Part shown: positions 37,820 to 50,309 of the stretch, one piece after another | Layout of the letters: each line of letters opens with the position of its first letter | How positions within the stretch are numbered: the first letter of the stretch is position 1 | Assembly (NCBI RefSeq): GCF_006345805.1 | Contig: NC_043003.1 | Location: 1,860,001-1,924,000, forward strand | DNA length: 64,000 bases | From: Octopus sinensis | Lineage: Eukaryota | Direction: 5' to 3' | Program-made: the position numbers and the translations under genes | Notes under the pieces: model-generated | Databases searched by the model: none | Told to the model about the DNA's origin: nothing | Seen by the model: only the letters and a program-made list of their open reading frames with translations

Positions 37820-38740
37820 TAATAATAATAATGAAATTATTGTATACAGTGCTCAGGTGCACCACAACTTGTCAGAAAGTGCATATAAAGTACATGCAGT
37901 ATTGTACAAATGTCTGGAAAGCGAACAGTGTATGAGTCAGATAGATGCTTGCGTGTGTATGGAGGGGAGAAAATCAGGTGTAGTGTTGGCGAATCTCAGG
38001 AAGCATGGAAGTTTTGAAGGATGCAGTGCTCCGACAACTAACAACTGATGCCGGCAGTTTGTTCCATGCTTCAGCAACTCTTAGTGAGAAAAAATGTTTC
38101 TGAAAGTCATGGGAGCTGTGCTGTTTTCTGACTTTGTAAAGATGTCCACGGGTGTTAGACGGGTGGAGTTTGAAAAGGTGCTCAGAGTTATTGTTTGTAC
38201 GATGGTTGATAATTTTATGGGTGTCTGCCAGACGTCAGAGTTTCAATGTATCCATGCCCAGGGAAGTAAGGTGTTCAAAATATGGCAAATGCCTGATAGA
38301 GGGTATTCTCTTAGTTGCACGTGGCTGAATGGCTTCCAGACGATTAATATCCTGGGCAAGATAGGGGTTCCAGAAAGTTGGCTTAGAAGAAAGTACTCAC
38401 CGCGTTTGAGAAGTAGGTACGTAACACCATCGAGACCAGGAGAGGCATAGTTGTGTTTATTCTTAAGGTGGCGTTGTAGCATTGCTGGTGTAAATTGCAT
38501 AGTAGATATAGAGTCCGGTGTCAGTGGTGATGAAGATGGAACATTTTGGTCTTCGACAGTAAAGATGCCGGCATAGCATCCAGCAATGATTTCTGCACAT
38601 TCTTTGGGATTGCCAGTAATCTGCCCTGTGTGGGGATTGCGAAGGGGACCAACTGGAGAGTGAGGTCTCTGCTTTGAGTGTAGATACTTCCAGAACACTT
38701 TGCTGTCAGGGTTGGTTGCAATGCGTTGTTCAAATTCAAC
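37820..38740 (-). mobile_element. Internally deleted CR1-group LINE with (ATT)n tail
   Basis: NPDSKVFWKYL..VGPLRN..ASPGLDGV (pre-RT linker) is joined to WNPYLAQDINRLEAIQ..TRGHLYK..FFSLRVAEAWNKLP (post-RT). The 3' end (gtggtgcacctgagcact..attattatt) recurs at ~54685-54800. Confidence 0.85.
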
Positions 38741-39587
38741 ATCATCATCATCATCGTCGTTGTCATCTAATGTCCTTTTCTCATGCTGGCATGGATTGGA
38801 CAATTTCACAGGAGCTGGCAAGCCAGGGAGCTGCAATAGGCTCTAATTGTGTGTTTTGGTATAGTTTCTAATGCCAACCCCTTTATAGAGTGTACTGGGT
38901 GCTTTCTACATGGCTCCAGCACCAGTGCTTTTTATGTGGCACCAGCACCTTTGGGGTCGCCAAGTAGCTTGCGAGACAAAAACCTCTGATTTAGAATAAA
39001 TTTGCTATTCACAAAGCAGTGTGTGTTGTGCATCGTATTATAAGGTATTTAAGGCAATCTCAGATTTCTGACTCAAAATGTGGTCAAACATTTAACATGG
39101 ACTTCATACACTATCCATTATGCCATGGACTTTTACTGTAGTTACACTTCTATTTTTCCTCTTGCCATTATCAGGGAGAAAATTTGTCCAACCCATGCCA
39201 GCATGGAAAATGGACATTAAACAATGATGATGAAAATTTATGTACAAACTTTAAAATATTTTTGTAACCCCCCAAATTATGGCATTTGTCTTTCTCAAGC
39301 TGATATGTGAGTCACTTTGTAGTCATTGAACCTGCTAAAAATAGCAGCTAAATAACCCTTGTCTTTAATGTATCTAAATTATATCTAAGACTGCATTAAT
39401 TAGATGATGTCTGGAGAAAAAAATAGACATAATGGTCATGGGTGGAATGGCTTTTGATTATACTAATTTATCTTTTAATTCTTAAAGTAATTAAGAAATA
39501 TAATTTTAAAATGCTCAGATTCAATGTTTTCTTTGATTGCTTTCTAACATTCTTTGATGTTCCATTTAATATTTTTCTCTCTCCCAG

Positions 39588-40136
39588 ACATCCTACAGCT
39601 GCCAAAAGTTCCACCCTTATTCTTCGGGATCCAACTTGACCAAATGCAAATGGGATTCTCTACATTCTGCTCAATCTAATATCTACAAATATTCTACTCT
39701 TTGCCAACCAAAAACTACAAATTTTGTTGAAAACAATGGCCTCAGGAAGTTTAAACCATACCAAAACACAAGTATCTTATCCAAAAAACATTCATTCTTC
39801 CCTCTTTATAATCATGAGAGGACATTTTCTATGGAATCTTATTATAGGTTTTTCTCTCCAGACTTTTTACCAATAAAATATTCATATGAATTTCTCACTT
39901 ATATTCACACCCTGACTGGCTGCCCCTGGTGGGCCAGTATACTTGTTGGCACCTGTCTGTTGAGGTCCTTTATAACTTTTCCTTTGGCTGTTTATTCATT
40001 ATACATTATTGCAAAAGTCGAGTTGCTTCAACCTGAGATACGGAGACTGTCGCATCGCCTCAAAATCGAAACTGCTAAAGCTGTACGGCAATTTGGATGG
40101 GAAATGAACCATGCTCGGATTAAGTATAATCATTCG
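39588..40136 (+). CDS. COX18: COX18 coding exon 2 (549 nt)
   Basis: Acceptor ttttctctctcccAG|; open frame TSYSCQK...HTLTGCPWWASILVGTCLLRSFITFPLAVYSLYIIAKVELLQPEI...FGW; donor TCG|GTAAGT. Matches the Oxa1/YidC-family COX18 motif GLPWWGSI..LR..VTLPL...AKVENLQPEI. Confidence 0.93.
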
Positions 40137-42039
40137 GTAAGTTGAAGATGTTTAACGTTTTCTTTACACTCAAATTATTCTGTCAATCGTAACATTTATT
40201 AATTCACATTGTTTTGAATTAATCCTGCTTTATCACTTGGCTGCAAGATTTTAATCATGTGATTATTTATTTCTAACAACCTACACCAGTGTCGCATAAC
40301 CAGCCCCAGCCCACTCAAAAGTACCTTGGATCGTTGGGTGACATGCTGTGCTTGAGGAGGCCTATTGAGTCAAGTACATCAACATCAATATCAAAATCAA
40401 AATCAAATGGAAATTGTAGTTGTGACCCCCGTACCGGTAGCACATAAAAATTGCACCATCTGAACCTGGTCGATGCCAGTGCCGCTTTGACTGGCTTCTG
40501 TGCTGGTGGCACGTAAAAAGCACCATCCGATCTTGGTTGATGCCAGCCCCCTCTGGCACATAAAAAGCACCCACTACACTCTCAGAGTGGTTGGCGTTAG
40601 GAAGGGCATCTAGCTGTAGAAACACTGCCAGATCAGATTGGGGCCTGGTGCAGCCACTTGGCTTCCCAGACCCCAGTTGAACCATCCAACCCATGCCAGC
40701 ATGGAAAACAGACGTTAAACGATGATGATTGTAGGGTCGGTGTAAGAGGCCAGCTCTGGTCAGTTTGAACATAAAAACAGAGGAAATATTTTGGCCAGAT
40801 ATGGCTGGTTAAAGTGCTGAAGGATTAATACTGGGGTTGGCAGCATGTAGGTGGGTGGGATGCTGCTCATAAGTGGGCCACTGAGGTGTTTTCTGGTGGG
40901 GATTAGACCCTTTCTAAAGCTGTTTCAAAGACACCCATTCCTGTCCCTCTGTCCTACTCTAACCTCTCATCACCTGTCACAGAAACACCCGCACCCCCTC
41001 CCCACCTGCTCAGTCGAGGGAACTCATGGGTTACTTGGTGACCTCATTGGTGCAGGTGCTGTGTGAAAAGCCCCCAGTACACTCTGTAAAGTGGTTGGCA
41101 TTAGGAAGGGTTCCCAGCTGTAGAAACCATGTCAAAGTTGACATGGGAGCCTGGCTCAGTCCTCACACCAGTTCCTGTCAAACTATCCAACCCATATCTG
41201 CATGGAAAGCAGATGTTCAATAATAATGATGATTGTGGGCCACTGAGTTGTTGAAGGCTTTTAGATGGGGTTTTTTTGTGTGTTATGATTTGTTTAATCT
41301 TTGCTGACATAAACGTAACCGTTGATAGTAATGGATGCATATGTAGTTCTGTTTTTATATTTAAGATATGATACATCTATTCTTGCTTATTATGGGGTTG
41401 GAGGGTGGCTGAAAAAAAAAAGAGTAAAAAAAACGGTGTTAAACAAGTCACTGATAAATGAATAAGGGAAAAATAGGGTTTCATTCTGAGACCCCAGGTT
41501 GCCCCCGTAACTCACCCAAATAACACCAAACATTTTTTGAACACATAATGATACTGTTTCATGGCTGGAATAATATTTAGAGTAAAATTTAATAACAAAC
41601 AATCAATTAATAATGAAAATATAAAAGTGGAAAATATTTCATCATCATCATCGTTTAATGTCCATCTTCCATGCATGAGCTGGCCAAGTAGGAAAACTAC
41701 TCTAGGCTTCTGTGTCAGTTTTGGCAGGGTTTTTACAGCTGGATGCCCTTCCAAATGCCAACCACTTTATAGTGTGGACTGGATGCTTTTCACGTGGCAC
41801 CCGCACTGGCAGGGTCACCAAGTACCTTGCAAGACAGTGGTAATCAGAGCATTTTGGGTAGCTGAGCAATGTAAGTGGTTGCAGAAGCGCCGTTTTGTGC
41901 CAGAAGCAGAATCCTTCACCGATCGTCAATCTGTTTAATCACAGACTAATCCATGCTAAGCTTAACGCAGTTCAAAACTGAGCTTACTTTATTATCCTGG
42001 ATCAGTGTAATATATAGGTGGAGCATCCCCATCATCATC

Positions 42040-42390
42040 ATCCATGTGCCCTCCAGTTCCCTTTGTGTTGCCATGTATACAATCAGCCAGGTCCTTGTTT
42101 TCAGGCCATTCTTTATTGTCTTTTGTCCACAAATGTCTTTGCTGGCCCCTTGGTTCTCTTCCCCTTCACATTTCTTGTCAGGTTAGTCTTGGAGAATGAC
42201 TCATGGTGCATTCTATGTCGAAAATATGATAGTCTTGTGGACTTGATTCTTAACGGCAGGTGTCTTTGGACTTCCAACATTTCTAGCACTGCAGCATTGG
42301 TTACCTCGTGTTTCCGGACTATTCTGGCCAATCTGTGAGAGATCCACATCTCAAAGGCCTCTGTCTACTCCTTCGATGCTCCCTACATTG
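42040..42390 (-). mobile_element. Old RTE-clade LINE 3' fragment (different subfamily)
   Basis: TNAAVLEML..LRIKSTRLSYFRH..GKRTKGPAKTFVD resembles RTE C-termini; (GAT)n tail at ~42030. Confidence 0.65.
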
Positions 42391-42846
42391 TCCCACTTTC
42401 GGTCCTGTGCAAATGTCAAAATATTAAAACCAGGGCAATAAAGAAAGAAAGGTGCAAATACTTACTTTGTATCAATAATGGAGACAATTAAATATTTTAA
42501 GATTTAACCCATTAGCATTTAAAGTGACCATATCTGGGTAAAGTACCCTACATGCTTTATGTTCAAACTGGCCACATCTGGTCTCTCACACCTACCCTAC
42601 AATGTCATTCTAAAAATTAACAATTGCCTCATCAAAATCTCAAAGCTACCAGGTAAATGTAGGATTAATTCAAAACAATGTAAATAAGCATTGCTTTTGA
42701 CAGACTAATGAGTATGATGCAGGGATGCTTAACGACCATTCTTTTATGAAGCTTGGAACGAAAAGTTCTGGTTTAATTATATTTCTTTAAAAAATTTATC
42801 TTCGGTCTGTGTAAACTTCGTTACAGGTGTGCATTTTTAATTTCAG

Positions 42847-42994
42847 CTTAAAAAATTGATTCGTGATTTGTATATCAGGGACAACTGTCACCCACTGAAG
42901 GCCACTTTACTTGTATGGATCCAGATACCCATGTGGTTTTCCTTATCATTTGCTCTGCGCTACATGAGTGATTTCACACCTGGCCTCAATCAAG
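42847..42994 (+). CDS. COX18: COX18 coding exon 3 (148 nt; absent from the ORF track)
   Basis: tttttaatttcAG|LKKLIRDLYIRDNCHPLKATLLVWIQIPMWFSLSFALRYMSDFTPGLNQ+G|GTAAGC; contains the COX18 signature DNCHP.KA..LVWIQ.PMW. Confidence 0.95.
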
Positions 42995-43077
42995 GTAAGC
43001 TTCTTAGTTTCCGTTTTCTTTATTGAATTGTAACATCGTTTCATCATTGTTTTATCTTCCACATAAAAAAAATCTGG

Positions 43078-45020
43078 GCAGGTGACATGTAAAACGCACC
43101 CCTGCAGGTAACAGGTAAAATGCACCCCTGCAGGTAACAGGTAAAACGCACCCCTGCAGGTAACAGGTAAAACGCACCCCTGCAGGTAACAGGTAAAATG
43201 CACCCCTGCAGGTAACAGGTAAAACGCACCCCTGCAGGTAACAGGTAAAACGCACCCCTGCAGGTAACAGGTAAAATGCACCCCTGCAGGTAACAGGTAA
43301 AATGCACCCCTGCAGGTAACAGGTAAAATGCACCCCTGCAGGTAACAGGTAAAATGCACCCCTGCAGGTAACAGGTAAAATGCACCCCTGCAGGTAACAG
43401 GTAAAACGCACCCCTGCAGGTAACAGGTAAAATGCACCCCTGCAGGTAACAGGTAAAATGCACACCTGCAGGTAACAGGTAAAATGCACACCTGCAGGTA
43501 ACAGGTAAAATGCACACCTGCAGGTAACAGGTAAAATGCACCCCTGCAGGTAACAGGTAAAACGGACCCCTGCAGGTAACAGGTAAAACGCACCCCTGCA
43601 GGTAACAGGTAAAATGCACACCTGCAGGTAACAGGTAAAATGCACACCTGCAGGTAACAGGTAAAATGCACCCCTGCAGGTAACAGGTAAAATGCACACC
43701 TGCAGGTAACAGGTAAAACGCACCCCTGCAGGTAACAGGTAAAACGGACCCCTGCAGGTAACAGGTAAAATGCACACCTGCAGGTAACAGGTAAAATGCA
43801 CACCTGCAGGTAACAGGTAAAATGCACCCCTGCAGGTAACAGGTAAAATGCACACCTGCAGGTAACAGGTAAAATGCACCCCTGCAGGTAACAGGTAAAA
43901 TGCACACCTGCAGGTAACAGGTAAAATGCACACCTGCAGGTAACAGGTAAAATGCACACCTGCAGGTAACAGGTAAAATGCACCCCTGCAGGTAACAGGT
44001 AAAACGCACCCCTGCAGGTAACAGGTAAAATCAGCAGGTAACAGGTTAAAATGCACCCCTGCAGGTAACAGGTAAAATGCACCCCTGCAGGTAACAGGTA
44101 AAATGCACCCCTGCAGGTAACAGGTAAAATGCACCCCTGCAGGTAACAGGTAAAATGCACCCCTGCAGGTAACAGGTAAAATGCACCCCTGCAGGTAACA
44201 GGTATAATATGCACCCCTGCAGGTAAATGCAAAGGAGGTAAAATGGCAATGGTTAAAGGCATGGAGGTGGGTAAACCTGAGGTAAACAGTAAACTGCACA
44301 CCTGCAGGTAACAGGTAAAATGCCACCTGCAGCCGCCACCTGCAGGTAACAGGTAAAATGCACACCTGCAGGTAACAGGTAAAATGCACCCCTGCAGGTA
44401 CAGGTAAAACGGACCCCTTCAGGTAACAGTTAAATGCACACCTGCAGGTAACAGGTAAATGCACCCCTGCAGGTAACAGGTAAAATGCAACACCTGCAGG
44501 TAACAGTACAGTAAAATGCACCCCTGCAGGTAACAGTAAAATGCACCCCTGCAGGTAACAGGTAAAATGCACACCTGCAGGTAACAGGTAAAATGCACAC
44601 CTGCAGGTAACAGGTAAAATGCACCCCTGCAGGTAACAGGTAAAATGCACCCCTGCAGGTAACAGGTAAAATGCACCCCTGCAGGTAACAGGTAAAATGC
44701 ACCCCTGCAGGTAACAGGTAAAACGGACCCCTGCAGGTAACAGGTAAAATGCACCCCTGCAGGTAACAGGTAAAATGCACCCCTGCAGGTAACAGGTAAA
44801 ATGCACACCTGCAGGTAACAGGTAAAATGCACCCCTGCAGGTAACAGGTAAAATGCACCCCTGCAGGTAACAGGTAAAATGCACACCTGCAGGTAACAGG
44901 TAAAATGCACCCCTGCAGGTAACAGGTAAAATGCACCCCTGCAGGTAACAGGTAAAATGCACCCCTGCAGGTAACAGGTAAAATGCACCCCTGCAGGTAA
45001 CAGGTAAAATGCACACCTGC
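43078..45020 (+). repeat. 26-bp tandem satellite, ~70-75 units (GCAGGTAACAGGTAAAATGCACCCCT), in COX18 intron 3
   Basis: Direct reading. Variants cccct/cacct and aatgc/aacgc/aacgga; more degenerate zone at ~44030-44520; nearly every unit has CCTGCAGG. No spacers. Confidence 0.98.
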
Positions 45021-46289
45021 TGGTCCTATGTAAAAAGCATTGCTGTTGGTGCCAGGTAAAAAAGAACCCAGTGCCACTCTGTAAAGTGGTTGGCATTAGG
45101 AAGGGCACCCAGCCAGAACAGACAATTGGAGCCTGGTGCAGCTCTCCAGCCATGCCAGCTCCTATGAAACCAGCAAACCCATGCCAGCATGGAAAACAGA
45201 TTTTGTCGGTGGCACGTAAAAACCACCAACTGATCGTGGCTGTTGCCAGCCTCCCCTGGCACCTGTGCCAGTGGCACGTAAAAAGCACCCACTACACTCT
45301 CGGAGTGGTTGGTGTTAGGAAGGGCATCCAGCTGTAGAAACACTGCCAGATCAGACAATTGGAGCCTGGTGCAGCTCTCCAGCCATGCCAGTTCCTGTCA
45401 AACCACCTAACCCATGCTAGCATGGAAAAGGGACGTTAAACAATGATGATGGTGATGATGATAATGATGATAATATATGGCTACACCCAGCTCTCCTAAT
45501 GTCTCAATAACAATATTTCATTTAGCTTCACTGTGAATTGCCTCATTTCTGCTCTCTTAACCTAAATGTTTCTCCCATTTATTAACTCATTCCTTACCTG
45601 CAGTGACCTGTAATCTTTTCTGTTATGAAATTCTCTTTATTGTAGAATGCTAATTACAAACGCCACCTCATTGTACCTGTTATTCCAGTCGCTCTGCAGA
45701 CTGTGAGCATTTACAACCCACGTTTATATTCTGTCACTTGTTTCAGTCATTTGACTGTGGCCATATATGTATATGTGTTTATATGTTTGTGTGTCTGTGT
45801 TTGTCGTCCCCCCCCCCAACATTGCTTGACAACCAATGCTGGTGTGTTTACGTCCCCATCACTTAGCGGTTTGGCAAAAGAGACCGATAGAATAAGTACT
45901 GGGCTTACAAAGAATAAGTCCCGGGGTTGATTTGCTCGACTAAAGGCGGTGCTCCAGCATGGCCGCAGTCAAATGACTGAAACAAGTAAAAGAGAGATAC
46001 ATACGTATACATACATATACCATATTTTAATGTGTATAAGGAATGCTTTTTTGGCAAAAATTAGGTTAAATCAATATGGGCGTTTCTTATACATTGATAG
46101 TATTATAATCCCTTACAAAACCTTTTTTTCCAAATTTTAAGCTCCCCAAATTAAGGGGTTCTTTATACATGAGGGTTCCTTATATATGTTAAAGTACAGG
46201 TTACAGCGTTGCTGGGTGATCTAATGTGCTGGTTTTAGGCATCAGTCTCTTCAGAGGCATGGGTTCAAATCCCTTTTGCTGCCATATAT

Positions 46290-46344
<55 letters not shown>

Positions 46345-46639
46345 TTGTTCGAAAAAAAGTTTGTTTCTATGTTTTTGTTTTTATGTTTTCATTTCTCATT
46401 TTGTTCAACGTTTTTTTTGATGTCCTGTACCCATATATGCATGTATATATACATATATATGTAGGTATGGACATATATGTATGTATACATGCATATATTT
46501 ATATATTTTTTATATTATATATATATATATATATATACACACACTCACACACACATCTACATATGTATCTTTGTATATATACATCCATGCATCACCACCA
46601 CACCACACATCACACCACCCCGCACTGACCACTTCCCAG

Positions 46640-46940
46640 CATCTACACCATCATCCACACACCTACACATACATGTCAAGGTCACCAGCCCCCTTCCACA
46701 CTCACATACACGTACCTACGTTTTGGGATCACCACTACTTTATTATCTCCCCTTCTTCCTAGCTCTCCTGTGTGCCCCATCTGTCTGGCATTCACCATGA
46801 TGGATCGCTAGCCACTAAAACTTTTCTATTTTCTCTCCCTGTTTATTTCTGTGTTCCTTTCTGTCAAAGAACGTAGGCTTGAAACATAAAAGACTTTCTC
46901 ACTTCCCGAGCGTTAAACTAATACATCTGTTTGTTGTTCT
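46640..46940 (+). mobile_element. Penelope-like element 3' remnant with a degenerate hammerhead
   Basis: cttt-ctgtcaa-agaacgtaggctt-gaaacata-aaag followed by cccgagcgttaaactaatacatctgtttgttgttc; same family as the 14330 and 26240 tails. Confidence 0.65.
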
Positions 46941-46943
46941 CAC

Positions 46944-46974
<31 letters not shown>

Positions 46975-47744
46975 ATCAAGACACACACACACACATAATC
47001 AGAAACAGTTAGTGAATTAAATATTTGGGAGTAGCCTGTAAGCCACGTACCCAACATAGCAAGTCTTCTTCAGATATTCAATGGCTCCTGTTCCACACCT
47101 TAAAATGGTAATATTTGGTTCTGTTGGAATCAATCTGGTAATTAGTCTGGCCATATTCTGACTAATTAATTATACATTTCCCAGTTTGGTTTTGACTGTC
47201 CACTGGTCACAGTAATAATTGTAGGGTTAGGGTTACATTCAGCTATTTGGTAGGTGTGTGGTTAAGAACCTTGCTTCCCAACCCTTTGGTCCCGGGTTCA
47301 GTCTAACTGTGTGGTACCTTGTGCAAGTGTCCTCTGCTGTAGCCTTGTGAGTGAATTTGGTTGATGGAAACTGAAAGAAGACCAGTGTGTGTGTGTGTGT
47401 GTGAATTTTGCTTCCCAACCACACGGTTTTGGGTTCAGTCCCAAGTGTCTTCTTCTATAGCCCTGGGTTAACCAAAGCCTTGTGAATGGATTTGGTAGGT
47501 GGAAACTGAAAGAAGCCCATTGTATGTGTGTGTCTGTGTGTCTGGACATCTCATGGTGGCTGTCAATAAGGATTGTCGTCATACAAGTGATGTTGCTCCT
47601 TTGCAGTCTTCTCTGCCTTTTGGGGAAAATATTACTTTGCTTGGAAACGGGTGGAGTTTGGTGCCACAAAGGGAATTTGCCTCCTGCAAGCAAGGAAAAC
47701 TAGACCTTAAATGATGATGGTACTGTTGCTGTCTCCAACACTGC

Positions 47745-47896
47745 TACCACCACCACCACCACCACCACCACCACCACCAAAGCCACAATTCCCTACACCA
47801 CCAGCACCACCACTACCACCACTACCAGCACCACCAGCACCAGCACCACCACTACCACCACCACCACCGCCACCACCACTACCACCAGCACCACTA
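47745..47896. repeat. (CCA)n-based trinucleotide repeat ~100 bp upstream of the COX18 exon 4 acceptor
   Basis: Direct reading. Confidence 0.95.
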
Positions 47897-47993
47897 CTTG
47901 ACTGTGGTTGCAGCAACATCTCGTCATCATCGTTTGAAAAAGTAATTACAACTTATTTCTCTTACGCTCATGAATCTATTTTCGTCATTTCAG

Positions 47994-48118
47994 AGAACCA
48001 TCTCTTCCACCCTGAGCTGGAGACTGAAGGCCTGCTATGGGTCTCCAACATGTTGCTACCAGACAGCACATGGATCCTTCCCGTAGCACTTGGACTCATT
48101 AACCTTTCCATTATTGAA
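47994..48118 (+). CDS. COX18: COX18 coding exon 4 (125 nt)
   Basis: ttttcgtcatttcAG|ag aac...ENHLFHPELETEGLLWVSNMLLPDSTWILPVALGLINLSIIE|GTAAGT; phase 1 in, phase 0 out. Confidence 0.95.
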
Positions 48119-48457
48119 GTAAGTTCATTAATTTTGTTTTAATATGAAATCTTGTCATGATGTGATTAAATTCACTAACGATATACGGAGAGATTAACAA
48201 GTGAAATGAATCAGAAACTCAAAGACATCAACAAGTACAAAGCGTATCCAATATTTAATAATAATAATAATAATAATAATAGGGGCAAGCATGGCTGTGT
48301 TGTAAGAAGCTTGCTTCCCAACCACGTGGTTCTAGGTTCAATCCCACAGTGTGGCACTTTGAGTAAATGTCTTCTACTATAGCCGTGGGCCGACCCAAAG
48401 CTTTGTCAGTGGATATGGTAGGTAGAAACTGAAAGAAGCCTGTCATATATATATATA

Positions 48458-48504
<47 letters not shown>

Positions 48505-48552
48505 CACACATTTATATACATATATAAACATATATATATATAGATAGATATA

Positions 48553-48583
<31 letters not shown>

Positions 48584-49092
48584 GTATATAATTGAATAAG
48601 TCAACAAGAAGGTGTATGGTTAGACACTATTCCTGACGGAATACACCATCAGGAATACTGACAACCAATGTTTGTGTGTTTACATCCCCGTAACTTAGCA
48701 GTTCAGCAAAAGAGATCCAATTGGATAAGTATTGGGCTTTAAAAAAATAAGTACTCGGGTTGATTCATTCAACAAAAAAAACTCTTCAAGGTGGTGCTCC
48801 AGTATGGCCACATTCTAATGACTGAAACAGATAAAAGATAAAAAAAGCCCCCCAAAAAGATTCCATTAAACTCCTTGGTCCCTTGGTAATTACCATGTGA
48901 AATTAGTATATGTTTGTGTGAGTACCATTGCCTGTCTTTCATCATTCCTGCAGGGGATTAGAGGTTGTAAGACTTAGCATTTGTTGAATGAAGTGTATGA
49001 AAGCTTGAGAGAGAAAATGTGATAGAAAGAGAGAGAGAGAGTTTTGGAGAGTGAGTGAATGAGAGGGAGAGAGAGTGTGTGTGTGTGTAATA

Positions 49093-49313
49093 CAGTAACT
49101 CCTTGCCATATCGCAGTTCACCTGTCGTGGCTTATTTAATCTTAGGTCAATTCCTTCATGGTGTTGTTTTGCATTTATTATAAAATAAATATATACAAAT
49201 TATAAAAATGATTAAAAAAAAATATACAGTACAGTACTGTTTCTACCTCGTGGATTTTCATCTATCGCGGGGGTTTTTGGAACGTAACACCCGTGATAGC
49301 CGAGGGGTTACTG
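49093..49313. mobile_element. pogo/Tigger-type (Tc1/mariner) MITE
   Basis: TA|CAGTAACTCCTTG ... CGAGGGGTTACTG|TA: terminal inverted repeats with TA target duplication. Confidence 0.85.
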
Positions 49314-49741
49314 TAGTTTGAAAAAGATTGTGTGATATTTTGAGAGAGAATGTGATAGATTAACCCTTTAGCATTCAGATTACTCCTCTGCCAAATGTAA
49401 GGCTTATTTATTCCCCTTGTTTCAATAGAAATAATGCCTTATCTCATGGCTTTCCTGGATTTCAGTGTTGTGATCTGTACAGATGAGACAGTTCAGCAAA
49501 GGAAAGTCCAGGGTGACAAAAAATCCAGGCCAGACATTTGTGACTCTTGCTCAGTTGGGGGACATCTGGTATGGAAAGGTTAACATTGGTCCAGATAAGT
49601 TGCCCAAACTGGATGGATGAATGCTTACGATTTCTGTCTTGAGAAAATAATGTATCTTTAATTTGACATCTTCATAAATGTTCCACTGGAATTATTTGGA
49701 ACTTAAAGTCTAACCGTTTTGCTTCCAAGATGGATTGTTAA

Positions 49742-49964
49742 CCCTTTCAGCATTCAGATTACTCTGCCAAATGCTAATCCTTATTTATTCACATTGTTTT
49801 GAATTAATCCTGCATTATCCCATAGCTTTGAGATTTCAATGATGTACTGGTTTACTTTCAGTATGACATTCTAAGGTAGGTTTAAGAGACCAGATGTGGC
49901 CTGTTTGAGCGTTAAACAAGTGGAATGTTTTGGTCGGGTATGACTTGGTTGAAATGCTGAAGGG
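49742..49964. mobile_element. piggyBac-type MITE, second family; relatives near 10470-10652, 40150-40830, 42510-42733, 49362 and 51337-51538
   Basis: TTAA|cccttcagcatt-like start ... aatgctgaaggg|tt..aa end. Confidence 0.75.
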
Positions 49965-50309
49965 TTTTAAGAGATGTGGTAGCTTTTATTTGTGCTGCTG
50001 ATTGAGATGAAATTGTCAACTTGTTTCCATGGTTCTATCTTTAGCAATGATGTGGTGTGATTTGTATGCAGACGAGTTCATAAAGTTAAATGGGGACAAC
50101 ATGAGTCATTTAGGGGTGTCATGAGGGTGTGGACAAGATTCTGTACCCTGACGAGGCAGATTATTTACTGTGCTAGCTAAGGAGAAAGCTCTACCAGCCC
50201 CAGGGAGATGCTTAACAGCACAATCTAAGAGGAAGACTTAGAATAAGGGGTTGGTCCTGTGTGGAGTCCATAGGTAGACAACTCTGCTGGTTTTTCTCAG
50301 ATCATCATC

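Noticed and set aside
39636-39638. TTG start for COX18 given by the ORF track
   Set aside because: The frame is open back to a strong acceptor at 39587/39588, and a phase-compatible ATG exon exists at 35143-35229.
43078-45020. CRISPR-like array
   Set aside because: Units are contiguous with no unique spacers, there are no cas genes and the context is eukaryotic.
42946-45288. Long minus-strand ORFs (451, 321, 654, 289 aa) of repeating LLPAGVHFTCYLQGC
   Set aside because: They are translations of the 26-bp satellite, whose minus strand lacks stops. The period is not a multiple of 3 and the ORFs lie antisense within a COX18 intron.
47707-47993. Poly-Pro / poly-Gly ORF as a protein domain
   Set aside because: It is a (CCA)n repeat upstream of the real acceptor at 47993; only 47994-48118 is COX18 exon.
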